Shown one piece after another: positions 23,450 to 34,916 of a stretch of 64,000 nt of DNA. The stretch comes from Mobula hypostoma. Taxonomy: Eukaryota. A program made the translations under genes and the position numbers. The number at the start of each line of letters is the position of its first letter. Positions within the stretch are counted from its first letter, which is position 1. A model generated the notes under the pieces. The model had not been told where the DNA came from. It did no database searches and worked only from the letters and a program-made list of their open reading frames with translations. The stretch covers positions 206,586,001 to 206,650,000 of the forward strand of contig NC_086097.1 in assembly GCF_963921235.1 (NCBI RefSeq). The letters are read 5' to 3'.

Positions 23450-26400
23450 AAAGTACAAAGTTCAAAGTGAAGGTAAATTAATTGTCAATATACATATGTC
23501 ACCATATACTACCCTGCGATTCATTTTCTTCTAGGTATTTGCAATAAATATAAAGAAGTACAATAAAATCAATGAAAAACATACCCTACAAGATGGATAA
23601 ACAACCAGCGTGCAATAAAACAATCTGTACAAATATTTTTAAAAAATGAACAAAATAATAATAGGGGATGTCAGGGGTAAGTTTTTTTACGCAGCAAGTG
23701 GTGAGTGAATGGAATGGGCTGCCGGTTACGGTGGTGGAGATAGATACAATAGGGTCTTTTAAGAGACTCCTGGATAGGTATATGGAGCTTAGCAAAATAG
23801 AGGGCAATGGGCAATCCTAGGTAATTTCTAAGGTAAGGACATGTTCAGCACAACATTGTGGGCTGAAGGGCCTGTATTGTGCTGTAAGTTTTCAATGTTT
23901 CTATGTTTCGAATAATAAAATATAAATAAGCAAGTAATATCAAGAACAGGAGATGAAGAATTCTTGAAAGTAGATCAATATGTTTAGGAAGAGTTCAGTG
24001 TTGGTGTGGTTGAGTTGAGTGAAGTTGTCCCCTTTGATTCAATAGCCTGATTATTGAGAGGTAGTAGATCTTGTACTTGGTGGTGTGTATCCTGTGACTC
24101 CTGTACCTTCTTCCTGATGGCAGCAGAAAAAGAGAGCATGACCTGGGAAGTAGGGGTCCCAGGTGATGGATGCTGCTTTCCTGCAACAATAGTCATGTAG
24201 ATGTGCTTAATAGTGGGGAGGGCTTTATCTGTAATGGACTGGGCCAAATCTACTACCTTTTGTCAGATTTCCATTGGTGCTTCCACACTAGTCTGTGATG
24301 CAACAGTCAATGTACTCCCCACTGCGCATCTATCAAAGATTTACAGTTTTCAATGGCGTCAAATTTTCACAAACATCTTGGAAGGTAGTAGTGCTGCCAT
24401 GCCTTCTTTGTAATGAGAGTAACATGCTGGACCCTGGACAGATCCTCTGGAATGAAAATGCTGAAGAATTTAAAGTTGCTGACCTTCTCCGATCCCCTGA
24501 TGAAGTCCTCCGGTTTCCTCCTCCTGTATTCAATAATTAGCTCCTTGGTCTTGCTGACATTGAGTGAGAGGTTGTGTTGTTTCACCAGTCAGCCAGATTT
24601 TCAATCTCCCTCCTAAATGCTGATTCATCACCACCTTTGATTTGGCCAATAAAAGTGATGTCATCAGGAAACTTAAATATGGCATTGGAGCTGTGCTTAG
24701 TCTCACAGTCAAAAGTATAAAGTGAGTCGAGCAGGGGGGTAGGCACACTGCCTTAGGTGCTTCTGTGCCATTGTTTTTTGTAGAGGAGATGTCGCTGCTA
24801 ATCCAAACTGACAGAGGTCTGCTGGTGAGGAAATCGAGGGTCAGGTCGCACAAGGAGGTATTGAGGCCTTGCCTTGGAGCTAATTGATTAGTTTTGAGGG
24901 GATTATGGTGTTGAATGCAGAACCGTAGTGAAGGAAGAGCTTTCTAACATATGCATCTTCACTGTCCAGATGTTCCAGGGTTGAGTGAAGAGCCAAAGAA
25001 ATGGCATCTTCTGTTAACGTTTTTTAATGGTAGGCAAATTGGAGCAGATCCAAGTCACTCCTCAGGCAGGATGTGATATGTTCATCACCAACCTTTCAAA
25101 GCACTTTATCACAATGGACGCAAGTGCTATTGGGCGCGTCATTAAGGCAGGTTACCACATTCTTCTTGGGCACCAGTATAATTGAAGCCTACTTGAAGCA
25201 GGTGGGTACCTCAGACAGATGAAGTAAGAGGTTAACGATATCAGTGAAGACTCCAGCCAGTTGATCAGTACAGGTCTTCAGCTCTCAAATAGGTACTCCA
25301 TCTGAGCTGAGCTATCTCTCCTGAAGGATACTCTCGCATTGGCCTTAAAGATTGAAATCACAGGGTTGTTTAGGGTGTGGGAGTTTGTGAAGATACTTCC
25401 AGACCATCAAGGCGAACATAAGAGGCACTGAGCACATCTAGACGTGAGACCTTGTTGTCACCTACATCCCTTGGTTTCATTTTGTAAGAGGTGATAGCCT
25501 TCAAGCCCCGCCACAGCTGTCAAGCATCCTTGTGAGATGGCTTTCTGGTGGTCGTTCCTGGATGTCTTGTATTTCACTTGGTCACCAGACCTGTACACCA
25601 CCAATCTGGTCCTCAGCAGATTATGAATCTCTTGCTTCCTCTAGGGCTTCTGGTTGGGGAAGACATAAAATGATTCTGCTGAGACACGGTTGTCCATGAA
25701 TTACTTTATAATGTCTGTGACAACCAGGGTGTATGCATTCATATCCTCTGATGAGTCCTTGAATGTGGCCCTGTACACTGATTCAAAGCAGTCCTGTAGC
25801 CAGTACTTTACCTTCCGTGTCCATCTCTTCAATGTTCTTACTTCTGCAGCCTTTCTCTTTAGCCTCTGCCTGTATGCAGATAAAAGGTTGACAGCTAGAT
25901 GATTTCCCAAAATTCAGTCTGGGATGGAACAGTAGGTGTTCCTTGTGGTAGTATAGCAATGGTGCAGTTTGTAGGGACCCCTGGTAATTCAGGTGACACG
26001 TTGATAATGATAGGACAGAGATCTTTTTCAAGCTAACCTGATTGAAGTCCCTGGCAATGAATTGAAAGGCAACAGGGTTGGCTGTTTCTGGTTTTGTAAT
26101 TGAGGCATTCAATACATTGAGTTCTTGCTTAACACCACCCTTCGGTGACATGCTAACTGTGGTCAGGATCATGGAGGAGAACTTTCTCGGTATGTAGAAT
26201 CCAATGCAGATCAGTTGACTAAGAACTAATAATTAGATGCTCAAGTCTGAGGAACAAGAGTGAAACACAAAGAGTTTATCATGAAACACAGACCCTAACC
26301 TTTCCCCTCTTCAACTCAGCAGTTTTGATCCAAATAGTGGATCTAGAAGCCCTCGTCTGACCACCATATCTAGCATGTCTGAGCCAAGCCATGTTTCCAT

Positions 26401-26780
26401 GAAACAGAGAATGCAGCATCCTTAATTTCTCTCCAGCTCAGCAATATTGCCCTAAGGTCTTCTATCTTTTTCTCCAGAGACTGTACATTCGCTAACAAGA
26501 TACTAGGTAGAGGAAGCTTTACACCTTGCTATTTTGGTCTGGTTTGGAGTCCTCCCTTCCTTCTTCTTTGTCAGCCATGGCAATGTACCTTTGCCTCCTT
26601 AAAGGTGCTGTACCAGTATTCTGAGAATTGAGTCCTTCAGGATGTCATAAAATCACTAGTCCGTTAAGATGGCTTAAAAGTACATTACTTAAAGGGAAAG
26701 TACAAGCTGCAGATTGTTTAGAAGGGGTATACCTTGAAGTTTTGTGAGCAGCCCACAAAATATTGTTACGTGTCTCCATT
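23450..26780 (-). mobile_element. Near full-length, decayed Rex1/Babar-like LINE
   Basis: Tail aaagttcaaag. RT region (reverse complement of KFxDD at gtcatcaggaaactt). APE motifs IARDFNQ, CFMETWL and LLANVQSLE on the minus strand. Confidence 0.82.
23664..23910 (+). mobile_element. CR1 3' end inserted in the AAT tract of a Rex1-like tail
   Basis: ggggatgtcaggggtaagtttttt...gggctgaagggcctg...tttctatgtttc, flanked by AATAATA on both sides. Confidence 0.8.
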
Positions 26781-27559
26781 GACATCTTGATCCAGTCTTT
26801 CATTAAAACCAAAACATGCTAAGTTCAAGAGCAACCAAAAATGAGCATGAGTGTAAATTGCTTCTGATTCAGAAATGATTTTGACTTAGTGTGGGATGCC
26901 TACTCACATGGCTGTGAATCACGACCTGGACAGATTTCAGAACTGTATTGATAGGATTTGTAGATATGATGTGTATATATGTAGGAGTTCCATAAGAAGC
27001 TAAATTTCCCATGTGCTATGATCTCAATACATTGTTGTAATGGGCATTGCTATTCAATTTGAGAATGGTTACCCTCAATAAAAATATTTCCTGCTAGCTT
27101 TATCTTCATCTGTGTGATAGTACTTTCAAAAATGCCAACATAGTCCTGTTTATTGTCATTATCATATTCACAAGTTCACAGGTTCAATGAAAAACTTACA
27201 TCAGATTCACAGGCACCTACCATCAGAAAGATAGCATCCACAAGAGAAACATAAATTATACATTTCCCCCGTGGTCTTTTTTCTCTCTTACAATCCACCT
27301 AGGTTCACTTTTCTTTGTTCACCTTTTTCTTGAACCCACCTTGTCACCTAGCTTCCTTACCCTCACCCTCCTGGTTCCATGTGCCCTTTACCCACACGTC
27401 TATTTATGTTGATTTCTTCTCCTTTGGCCTACCTGTTCTTCTTCCCTTCTCCATCTGGGTTGCATCTGCCCATCAATGGATGACAGAAAGGTGGTAGCTT
27501 GTTTACCTCAATCCTGTTTTCAATCACTGCACATTATTTCCTCATGGTCTTAAACTGAA

Positions 27560-28700
27560 TGCAGGTAAATTGAAAGACATCTGTGAACTGCAGAAGACTG
27601 GCAAGGAATGCAACGGGATATAGATCGTTCTCAGATATGGGCAGAGAAATGAGAGATGGAGTTTAAGCCGTCAAATATAAAGTGTTGTACCTTGGTAAGT
27701 TAATTGCAAAGAGACAATACTCTGTTAAGGGCAAGATCTCTAACAGTATTGATGAGCAGAGGGATCTTAGGGTCCAAGTTCATAGCTCCTTGAAAGTGGC
27801 TACACAGGTTAAGAAGGCGTGGAGCTAGCATGCATGCCTTTATTAACTGAGACACTGAGTTCAAAGGTCAGGATGCTATGTTGCAGCTTTATAGAACACT
27901 AGTTAGGCCACATCTGGAGTATTGCATACAGTTCTGGTCACCCCATTGTAGGTAGGATGTCAAGGCTTTGGAGTGGGTGCAGGAGAGGTTTACCAAGATG
28001 TTGCTTGGATTAGAGGGCATGTACTGCAATGAGAGGTTGGACAGACTTGGGTTGGTTTTCTTTGGAACAGCAGAGGCTGATGGGAGATCTGATAGAGGTT
28101 CGTAAGGTTGTAAGAGGCATAGATAGATTAGACTGACACTATCTTTCTCCAAGGATTGAAATGTCTAATACCAAAGGCCATGCATTTATGGTGAAAGGAG
28201 GTAAATTCAAAGGAGATGTGAGGGGCAAGTTTTTTATGCAGAGAGCTGTGGGTGCCTGGAATGCACTGCCTCGTGTGGTGGTAGAGGTAGAAATATTAGA
28301 GACTGTTAAGAGATGTTCAGATAGGCACGTGAATCTGAGGAAGTTGAAAGGATATGGACATTGTATAGGCAGAAGAGGTCAGTTTAGTTAGGTATTTGAT
28401 TACTAATTTAATTTCTCTGGCATAACGTTGTGGCCTGAAGAGCCTGTTTCTGTGCTGCTCTGCTTATTTAGTTATTTATTTATTGAGATACAGCACAGAA
28501 TAGACCCTCCAAACCCGTCATGCCACACCACCAACAACCCCTGATTCAACCCCTGATTTAAATTATTGGGATAATTTACATTGACCAATTAACATACCAC
28601 CTGGTACAGCTACTGGAGCTCTGGAGGAAACTCATTCAGTCACGGGGAGAAAGTATAAACTCCTTATGGACAGCAGCAGTCTATGTTCTATGTTCTATAA
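27560..28700 (+). mobile_element. CR1 3' portion, with a V-SINE inserted in its tail
   Basis: Peptides RPHLEYCIQFWSP and TKGHAFMVKGGKFKGDVRGKFF. The tail ctatgttctatgttcta resumes at 28681. Confidence 0.85.
28465..28680 (-). mobile_element. V-SINE-like (HE1-type) element
   Basis: Reverse-complement homolog of 41190-41436, with a (TTTA)n tail and a ggaggaaac...cacggggagaa V-domain remnant. Confidence 0.7.
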
Positions 28701-28806
28701 CCAATAAGCCAGAGAAGATTTAAAACAATTCACTTGTGTGAATATTACAAAATTCAAAATTCAGCCCTTTGAACTAAGAATTGGAACTAGGTAATGGACC
28801 AAGTCA

Positions 28807-28944
28807 AATAAATAATTCCTTCTCACAGAGTTAATGAAGACTACACCATGAAAAATTAATTGGTTGTTCATTTCCCTGGTGTTTGTGGACATTGTTGTCA
28901 AAAATGGCTGCTTCATTTGCTTAAGTAGCAGGAGGAAATGTATC
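28807..28944 (+). repeat. 138-bp direct repeat, copy 1 (copy 2 at 29987-30124)
   Basis: The two copies align without gaps and with few mismatches at offset 1180. Confidence 0.93.
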
Positions 28945-29779
28945 AGATTTCTGTTTTTCTTCTCACTTGTTCAGATCTCTAGTTCAACAGACTGCCTGTC
29001 TTTCAATTGTGAGCACCAATTTCTCTCTGCAAGTCACTATTCTCTTTCAAAAGACATTTGAATAAGTGCTGAAAGCAATTTTTATAACCTTTTATTGATT
29101 CCCAGACATCTTTCACATTGTCCCATCATAACTTCAAGAGCAAGCAGAAATCGCGTGGTGTACTGAACTAATATCACAGAGTCATAACATCACAAGCCCC
29201 TGAAAGAACAAGTTGCCCTTCATGTGTTAATTTTCCCTAGATATATAGAAAGTGCTGGCTCACTCATTGATGCGTGGCTTACTCCCTTAGAAGAAAGATG
29301 AAGGGAGGCAATCTCTCTCCCTTGGAAAGCTTTTAAAAATTGAATTTCTTCAAAGTCAATAATTTCTTTATTTTTCATATTTGAATCAGTTCATTTTTGA
29401 TTCCAGGCACTTAATGTTCCAAGTTGCCACCTGCAAGTTAGAAAAGATTAAAATTTGGACAATGATAAAAATCACAGTATGTTAGTCACACCAAACCTCC
29501 TGGCTTTCAGCAGGAGATTGAAAAAATTACATGCTGGTGCAATAGCTGTTCAAGCAAGTGGGTTCTGGTAAAACAAACATACTGGTTTATCTACATAAGT
29601 GAAGAATGTGTTGTAGAGAAAGTAGGCTCCAGTCATCAAAATTGTTCTTGTGAAATCTAAGTCATTGCTATTTTTAAACCACACGAGTTCAGAGAAGTAA
29701 CCTATGCACATGAACAAAGTTTCTTATGATTCAGCCAGCAGTTTGGAACTGTCCTCCTATTCAGCTAGTGTGGCTTGTG

Positions 29780-30179
29780 TGACAATATTCAGGTGCACAG
29801 ATCACTGAAGAATCTAACTTCACATCATTGTCTCTGCTCACAGTCTTAGCTGATATTCGGAGAGTATACCAAAGCAATGCTGGATTGTCAAAATTGCCTC
29901 AGGCAGTTTGTGTTGCCTGCTTCAATGATTCTGGTTAATGTTAATGATCCCATAGCGCCATGTAAAGGAAGCAGTTCCACTGTCAGAATAAATAATTCCT
30001 TCTCACAGAGTTAATGAAGACTACACCATGAAAAATTAAATGGTCATTCACATCCCTGGTGTTTGTGGACATTGTTGTCAAAAATGGCTGCTTCATTTGC
30101 TTAAGCAGCAGGAGGAAATGTATCCTAAAATAATTAATGCAGTGCAGCGCATTGAGTGATTTAAACATAACAAGATGTT
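29780..30179 (+). mobile_element. Ancient Deu-domain SINE-like element (SacSINE1/AmnSINE-type), tail continuing after 31308
   Basis: Motif order gctgat..., gatcccatagcgc..., tggtcatt..., gtttgtgga...aaatggctgc, gttatatgaat resembles the Deu-SINE body and tail as recalled. Confidence 0.5.
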
Positions 30180-31308
30180 GAGGCCCTGCGTTGGTCGAAG
30201 CTGACCATGGATATTGGGTCCTAGCTGCCTATATGATATGTAAGACAGAACATAAGCCAGGGCAGTATGAAACAGAGAGAAAGCTGTTGCCCACTTGCAG
30301 GCTCCCCCTCTCCGCACGGCTGATTAATCCAAAGGAATGGCAGAGAATGATACAGTTTGGCACCAGTGGCAATGCAGGAGTTGCCGGTCAGCATTGAACT
30401 CAAAATAGGACTGCCTTTGGGACTCCATCTCGAGAGTTTTTCCTTAGGGTTTACTTCCAGCTCCAAGTATTTCCCCAGGGCTTACCCCATGAATGGGTAT
30501 GGCTGCAATGCAGTGAAGGTTTGAGATCAGAGTTTTCCTTCTCCTGCATGAGCTGCTGTAGATGAGATAAGCTGTTGGTTCCTTAAGGTTGTTTTAGCCA
30601 GAGGTGGTAGTGGGGATAAACTCCCACTACCTACTGCATGCTCTCAATGGCTTGTGTCTCAAGCCCGGAGTAATCGTAGCTACTGACAGGAGAAGGGGCA
30701 AAGGCCGGTTACTGGCACCTCAGGCAGATGGACACATCAGCCATGGTTAGCAGCTCATCTCGGAGAAGGAAAACTTTGATCTGAAACCAATGCTGCCTTG
30801 CAGCTACACACACTCCTGGGGAAGGCTTCGGGGGTAAACCCCAAGGAAAATTCAGGAGATGGAAACCCTAAGGTAGTCCTACCTTGAGGTCAACGCTGAC
30901 TGGCAATTCCTGTTGGTCTCCGCTGTCTGTCTGGATCCATCAGCTACTTGGAAATGGGGAGTGTGCTGCACGGGTGACAGCTTGCTCTCCATATCCTACC
31001 AGCCTAGTCTGCGTAGCACATGGACATCTGGGATACAACACCCAAAGGTCAAACCTGACCAATGGAGGGCCTCATATATGATCTGCCAACCATGCTGCTG
31101 AGCCCCACCTGCCCAAAGCAACTGCTTTTAAGGCACCAGTATCCTGCCTTTGCCTCTTCTCCTGCCAGTAGAAACAGTTCTGCTGGACTTAGTAGTTAAG
31201 CCACATGTAAAGGCCAGCAGCTGGACCTGATTGTCAAATGTACACCATTGGGAGCATTTGGTAGCTAGTGGGAGCTTATCCCCAATACCTTCCCTGATTA
31301 TGACAACC
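30180..31308 (-). mobile_element. Non-coding RTE-like non-autonomous element (outer copy: 30180-30556 and 31087-31308)
   Basis: Contains the ggagaaggaaaactct motif on the minus strand. Flanked by CAAGATGTT at 30171-30179 and 31308-31316. Confidence 0.6.
30587..31074 (+). mobile_element. Same-family RTE-like element inserted in the opposite orientation (inner copy)
   Basis: Colinear reverse-complement homology to the outer copy. Imperfect TSD ATGAGCTGC (30548-30556) / ATGATCTGC (31078-31086). Confidence 0.65.
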
Positions 31309-31789
31309 AAGATGTTATATGAATCGAATACTATTCTTTCATTTACATGTTGAACTCTGTTTATTAATGATGTCAGTCACTTGGCCAATGGGCATAATCC
31401 CTTCATTTTGCAGGAGTCTGTTTTGTCATTCATGTTTGCCTCACTAAGCATAGTCAAATACTTGCGACTGAGCAACAGATTTTATCCACTCATGAGATGG
31501 CTGATCCATTCATCCATGCAAATGAGATCTACATGCTGCCACAGGTGGCAATGTACACTACGTTAACTTCAACAGGAATTCCACTGAGCAGGCACCTTGC
31601 TACACAACTTGATCACTCTAAGGGCACAGCCTTGCCACCACCTAACAGTCCAGAAGCAGAAAGACACCATTAATAAGAAAAAGCAAGAAGAGAAGAAAGT
31701 ACAACAAGAATTCAAAGAAAATGCCAAGGAAGAGAAACTATATGTAGGTAATTCCTTCTCCATGCCAGCAAATAATACATAGAATTGTT

Positions 31790-34700
31790 ATTAGTATTGG
31801 TTTATTATTGTCACATGTACCAAGATAAAGTGAAAAAACTGTAATGCATACTGTACATACAGATCAAAACATTACACAGTGCCATCGAATAAGGTAAAAC
31901 AATAACAATGCAAAATTAAATATAAAAGCTACCAAAAAGTGCAGTGCAGGTAAACAATAAAGTGAAAAATCGTAATTAAGTAGACTGCAAGGCTAAGAGT
32001 CTATTCTATCATACAGGTGTCTGATAGCAGTGGGATAAAAGCTGTGCTTAAGTCTGGTGGAATGTACTTTCAGGCTTTTGTATCTTCTGCACAATGGGAG
32101 AGGGGACAAGAGAGAATGTCTGAGGTGGGTGGAGTATTTCATTATGCTGGCTGGTCTAATGAGGAACTGAGAAGTACAGATAGAGTCCATAGAGTGGAGG
32201 CTGGTTCCTGTGATGTACTGAGCTGTGTCCACAACTCTCTGCAGTTTCTTGCCATCATGTACAGAGGAGTTGCCATACAAAGCTGTTATGCATCAAGACA
32301 GAATGCTTTCTGTGGGGCATTGATAAAAGTTGGTGAGAGAGACATGTTGAATTTTTCTAGCCTCTTGAGGAAGTAGCAGTATAGGAAGATTTCTTGGCCA
32401 TGACGCTAATGTGATTAGGCCAGGATGTTCATACCTTAGAATTTGAAGCTCTTAACCTCAACACCATTGATGTAGAGAGGAGCAAGTCCAAGGCCCCCTC
32501 CTCCCTTTCTGAAGCCAATGACCAGCTCTTTTCTTGACATTGAGGGAAGGGTTGTTGCCATGACACCATGTCACTGGGCTCTCTGTCTCCTTCTTATACT
32601 CAGACTCATCGTTATTTGAGATGCGACTATTGTGGTATCACCTGCAAACTTTTGGAGTTAGAGCAGAGTCTGACCACACTGTCATGAGTGTACAGGGAGA
32701 AGAGTAGGGGGCTGAGGATGCAACCTTGTGGAAGACTAATTTTTAGAATAATTGTGGCAGAAGTGCTGCTGCCCATACTTACTGATTGTGGTCTATTGGT
32801 CAAGGGTCCAGTGCAGAGGAACACATTAACTCCCAGGGTCCGGACTTTGCATGGAATATTAACATTAAAGGCAGAACTGTGGTCCATAAGACCATAAGAC
32901 AAAGGAGCAGAAGTAGGCCATTCGGCCCATCGAATCTGCTCCACCATTTTATCATGAGCTGATCCATTCTCCTACTTAGTCCCACTCCCCTGCCTTCTCA
33001 CCATAACCTTTGATGCCCTGGCTACTCAGATACATATCAATCTCTGCCTTAAATACACCCAATGACTTGGCCTCCACTGCCGCCCGTGGCAACAAATTCC
33101 ATAGATTCACCACCCTCTGACTAAAAAAATTTCTTCGCATTTCTGTTCTGAATGGGCGCCCTTCAATCCTTAAGTCATGCCCTCTCGTACTAAACTCCCC
33201 CATCATGGGAAGCAACTTTGCCACATCCACTCTGTCCATGCCTTTTAACATTCGAAATGTTAGGGTATCCTGTACGAGGACTCCCAAGTCCCGTTGCATC
33301 TCCGAACTTTGAATTCTTTCCCCATTTAAATAATAGTCTACCCGTTTATTTTTCTGCCAAAGTGCATAACCATACACTTTCCAACATTGTACTTCATTTG
33401 CCACTTCTCTGCCCATTCTTCCAATCTGTCCAAGTCTCTCTGCAGACTCTCCATTTCCTCAGCACTACCGGCCCCTCCATCTATCTTCGTATCGTCAGCA
33501 AACTTAGCCACAAAGCCATCTATTCCATAATCCAAATCGTTGATGTACAATGTAAAAAGAAGCGGCCCCAACACTGATCCCTGTGGAAAACCACTGGTAA
33601 CCGGCAGCCAACCAGAATAGGATCCCTTTATTCCCACTCTCTGTTTCCTGCCAATCAGCCAACGCTCTATCCACATATGTAACTTTCCCGTAATTCCATG
33701 GGCTCTTATCTTGTTAAGTAGCCTCATGTGTGGCACCTTGTCAAAGGCCTTCTGAAAATCCAAATATACAACATCCACTGCATCTCCCTTGTCTAGCCTA
33801 TTGGTAATTTCCTCAAAAAATTGTAATAGGTTTGTCAGGCAGGATTTTCCTTTAAGGAATCCATGCTGAGTTCTGCCTATCTTATCATATGCCTACAGGT
33901 ACTCTGTAACCTCATCCTTGACAATCGACTCCAACAACTTCCCAACCACCGATGTCAAGCTAACAGGTCTATAATTTCCTTTTTGCTTCCTTGCCCCCTT
34001 CTTAAATAGTGGAGTGACATTTGCAATCTTCCAGTCTTCACGAACCTTGCCAGAATTTATCGACTTTTGAAAGATCATCGCCAATGCCTCCGCAATCTCC
34101 ACAGCTACTTCCTTCAGAACACGAGGGTGCATTCTATCTGGTCCAGGAGATTTATCGACCTATTCAGCTTCCTGAGTACTTTCTCTGTCGTAATTGTGAC
34201 TGCGCACACTTCTCTTCCCTGCCACCCTTGAGTGTCCGGTATACCTCTGATGTCTTCCTCAGCGAAGACTGATGCAAAATACTCGTTCAGTTCCTCAATT
34301 ATTAATAGTCTAAGGTAGGTGGCTTTACTGTCCAGATTCCTAGAGATAAGTGTAGGGACAGGAACAACTTCTGCCTAAATTTGCCTACCGCCATAGAAAT
34401 ATTTTGGTGATAGGTATATTTACATAGGTCAAAATTGTCTGTAAAGCTGAAGTTGATGTGTGCCATGAGCAGCTGCTTGAAGCACGTCATGATGATAGAA
34501 GTTAGAGGCACTGGGCAGTAGTCATTAAGGCATGTTACCTTGTTATACTTGGGTACTGGGATGATACCGGGAGAGGTTAAGCTTGTTTACAAATATCCCT
34601 GTCAGCTGATCTGCTCAGGATCTAAGCACATGGTCGGAGACACCATCTGGATTTGATGCTTTCCTTGTGTTCACACTGTGGAAAACTGATCTTACGTCCG

Positions 34701-34900
34701 CAGTAACTGTACATTCAAGTGCACTGGAGACAATGAGGGTAGGTGGTGACATCGCTGTTCCCTTCTCTTCAAAGAACATGTTCATTGGGATGAACATTAT
34801 TGTTGCCAATGCTGCTCAGCTTAGTTTAGTAATGCATTGTACTGTGTAAGTGCTGGCACAGTTGATGGCTGCACCGCGACTCGATTTTCCACTGATACTG
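31790..34900 (-). mobile_element. Decayed Rex1/Babar-like LINE interrupted by CR1 (32885-34296)
   Basis: PQGCILSPLLFSLYTHD and KKLQRVVDTAQYITG before the CR1; KASNPDGVSDHVLRS and LNDYCPVPLTS after it. Confidence 0.8.
32885..34296 (-). mobile_element. 5'-truncated CR1 LINE with an internal deletion
   Basis: Peptides NYRPVSLTSVVGKLLE, YLDFQKAFDKVPH and KFADDTKI. (CTTATGGT)n-type tail. Same family as 5016-7410. Confidence 0.92.
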
Positions 34901-34916
34901 TCTCTTAGCATCTTTA

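Noticed and set aside
28807..30124. LTR element or TRIM interpretation of the 138-bp repeat
   Set aside because: No TG...CA termini, PBS, PPT or TSD were seen.
31087..31308. HDV-like ribozyme at the 5' end of the RTE-like element
   Set aside because: A GCC/GGC P3-like stem exists, but I could not assign P1 and P2 in the required order. Left as a check only.
31576..31747. AG/GT-bounded segment with a Lys/Glu-rich ORF
   Set aside because: All three frames have stops between the splice-like sites, and the purine-rich low complexity explains the ORF.
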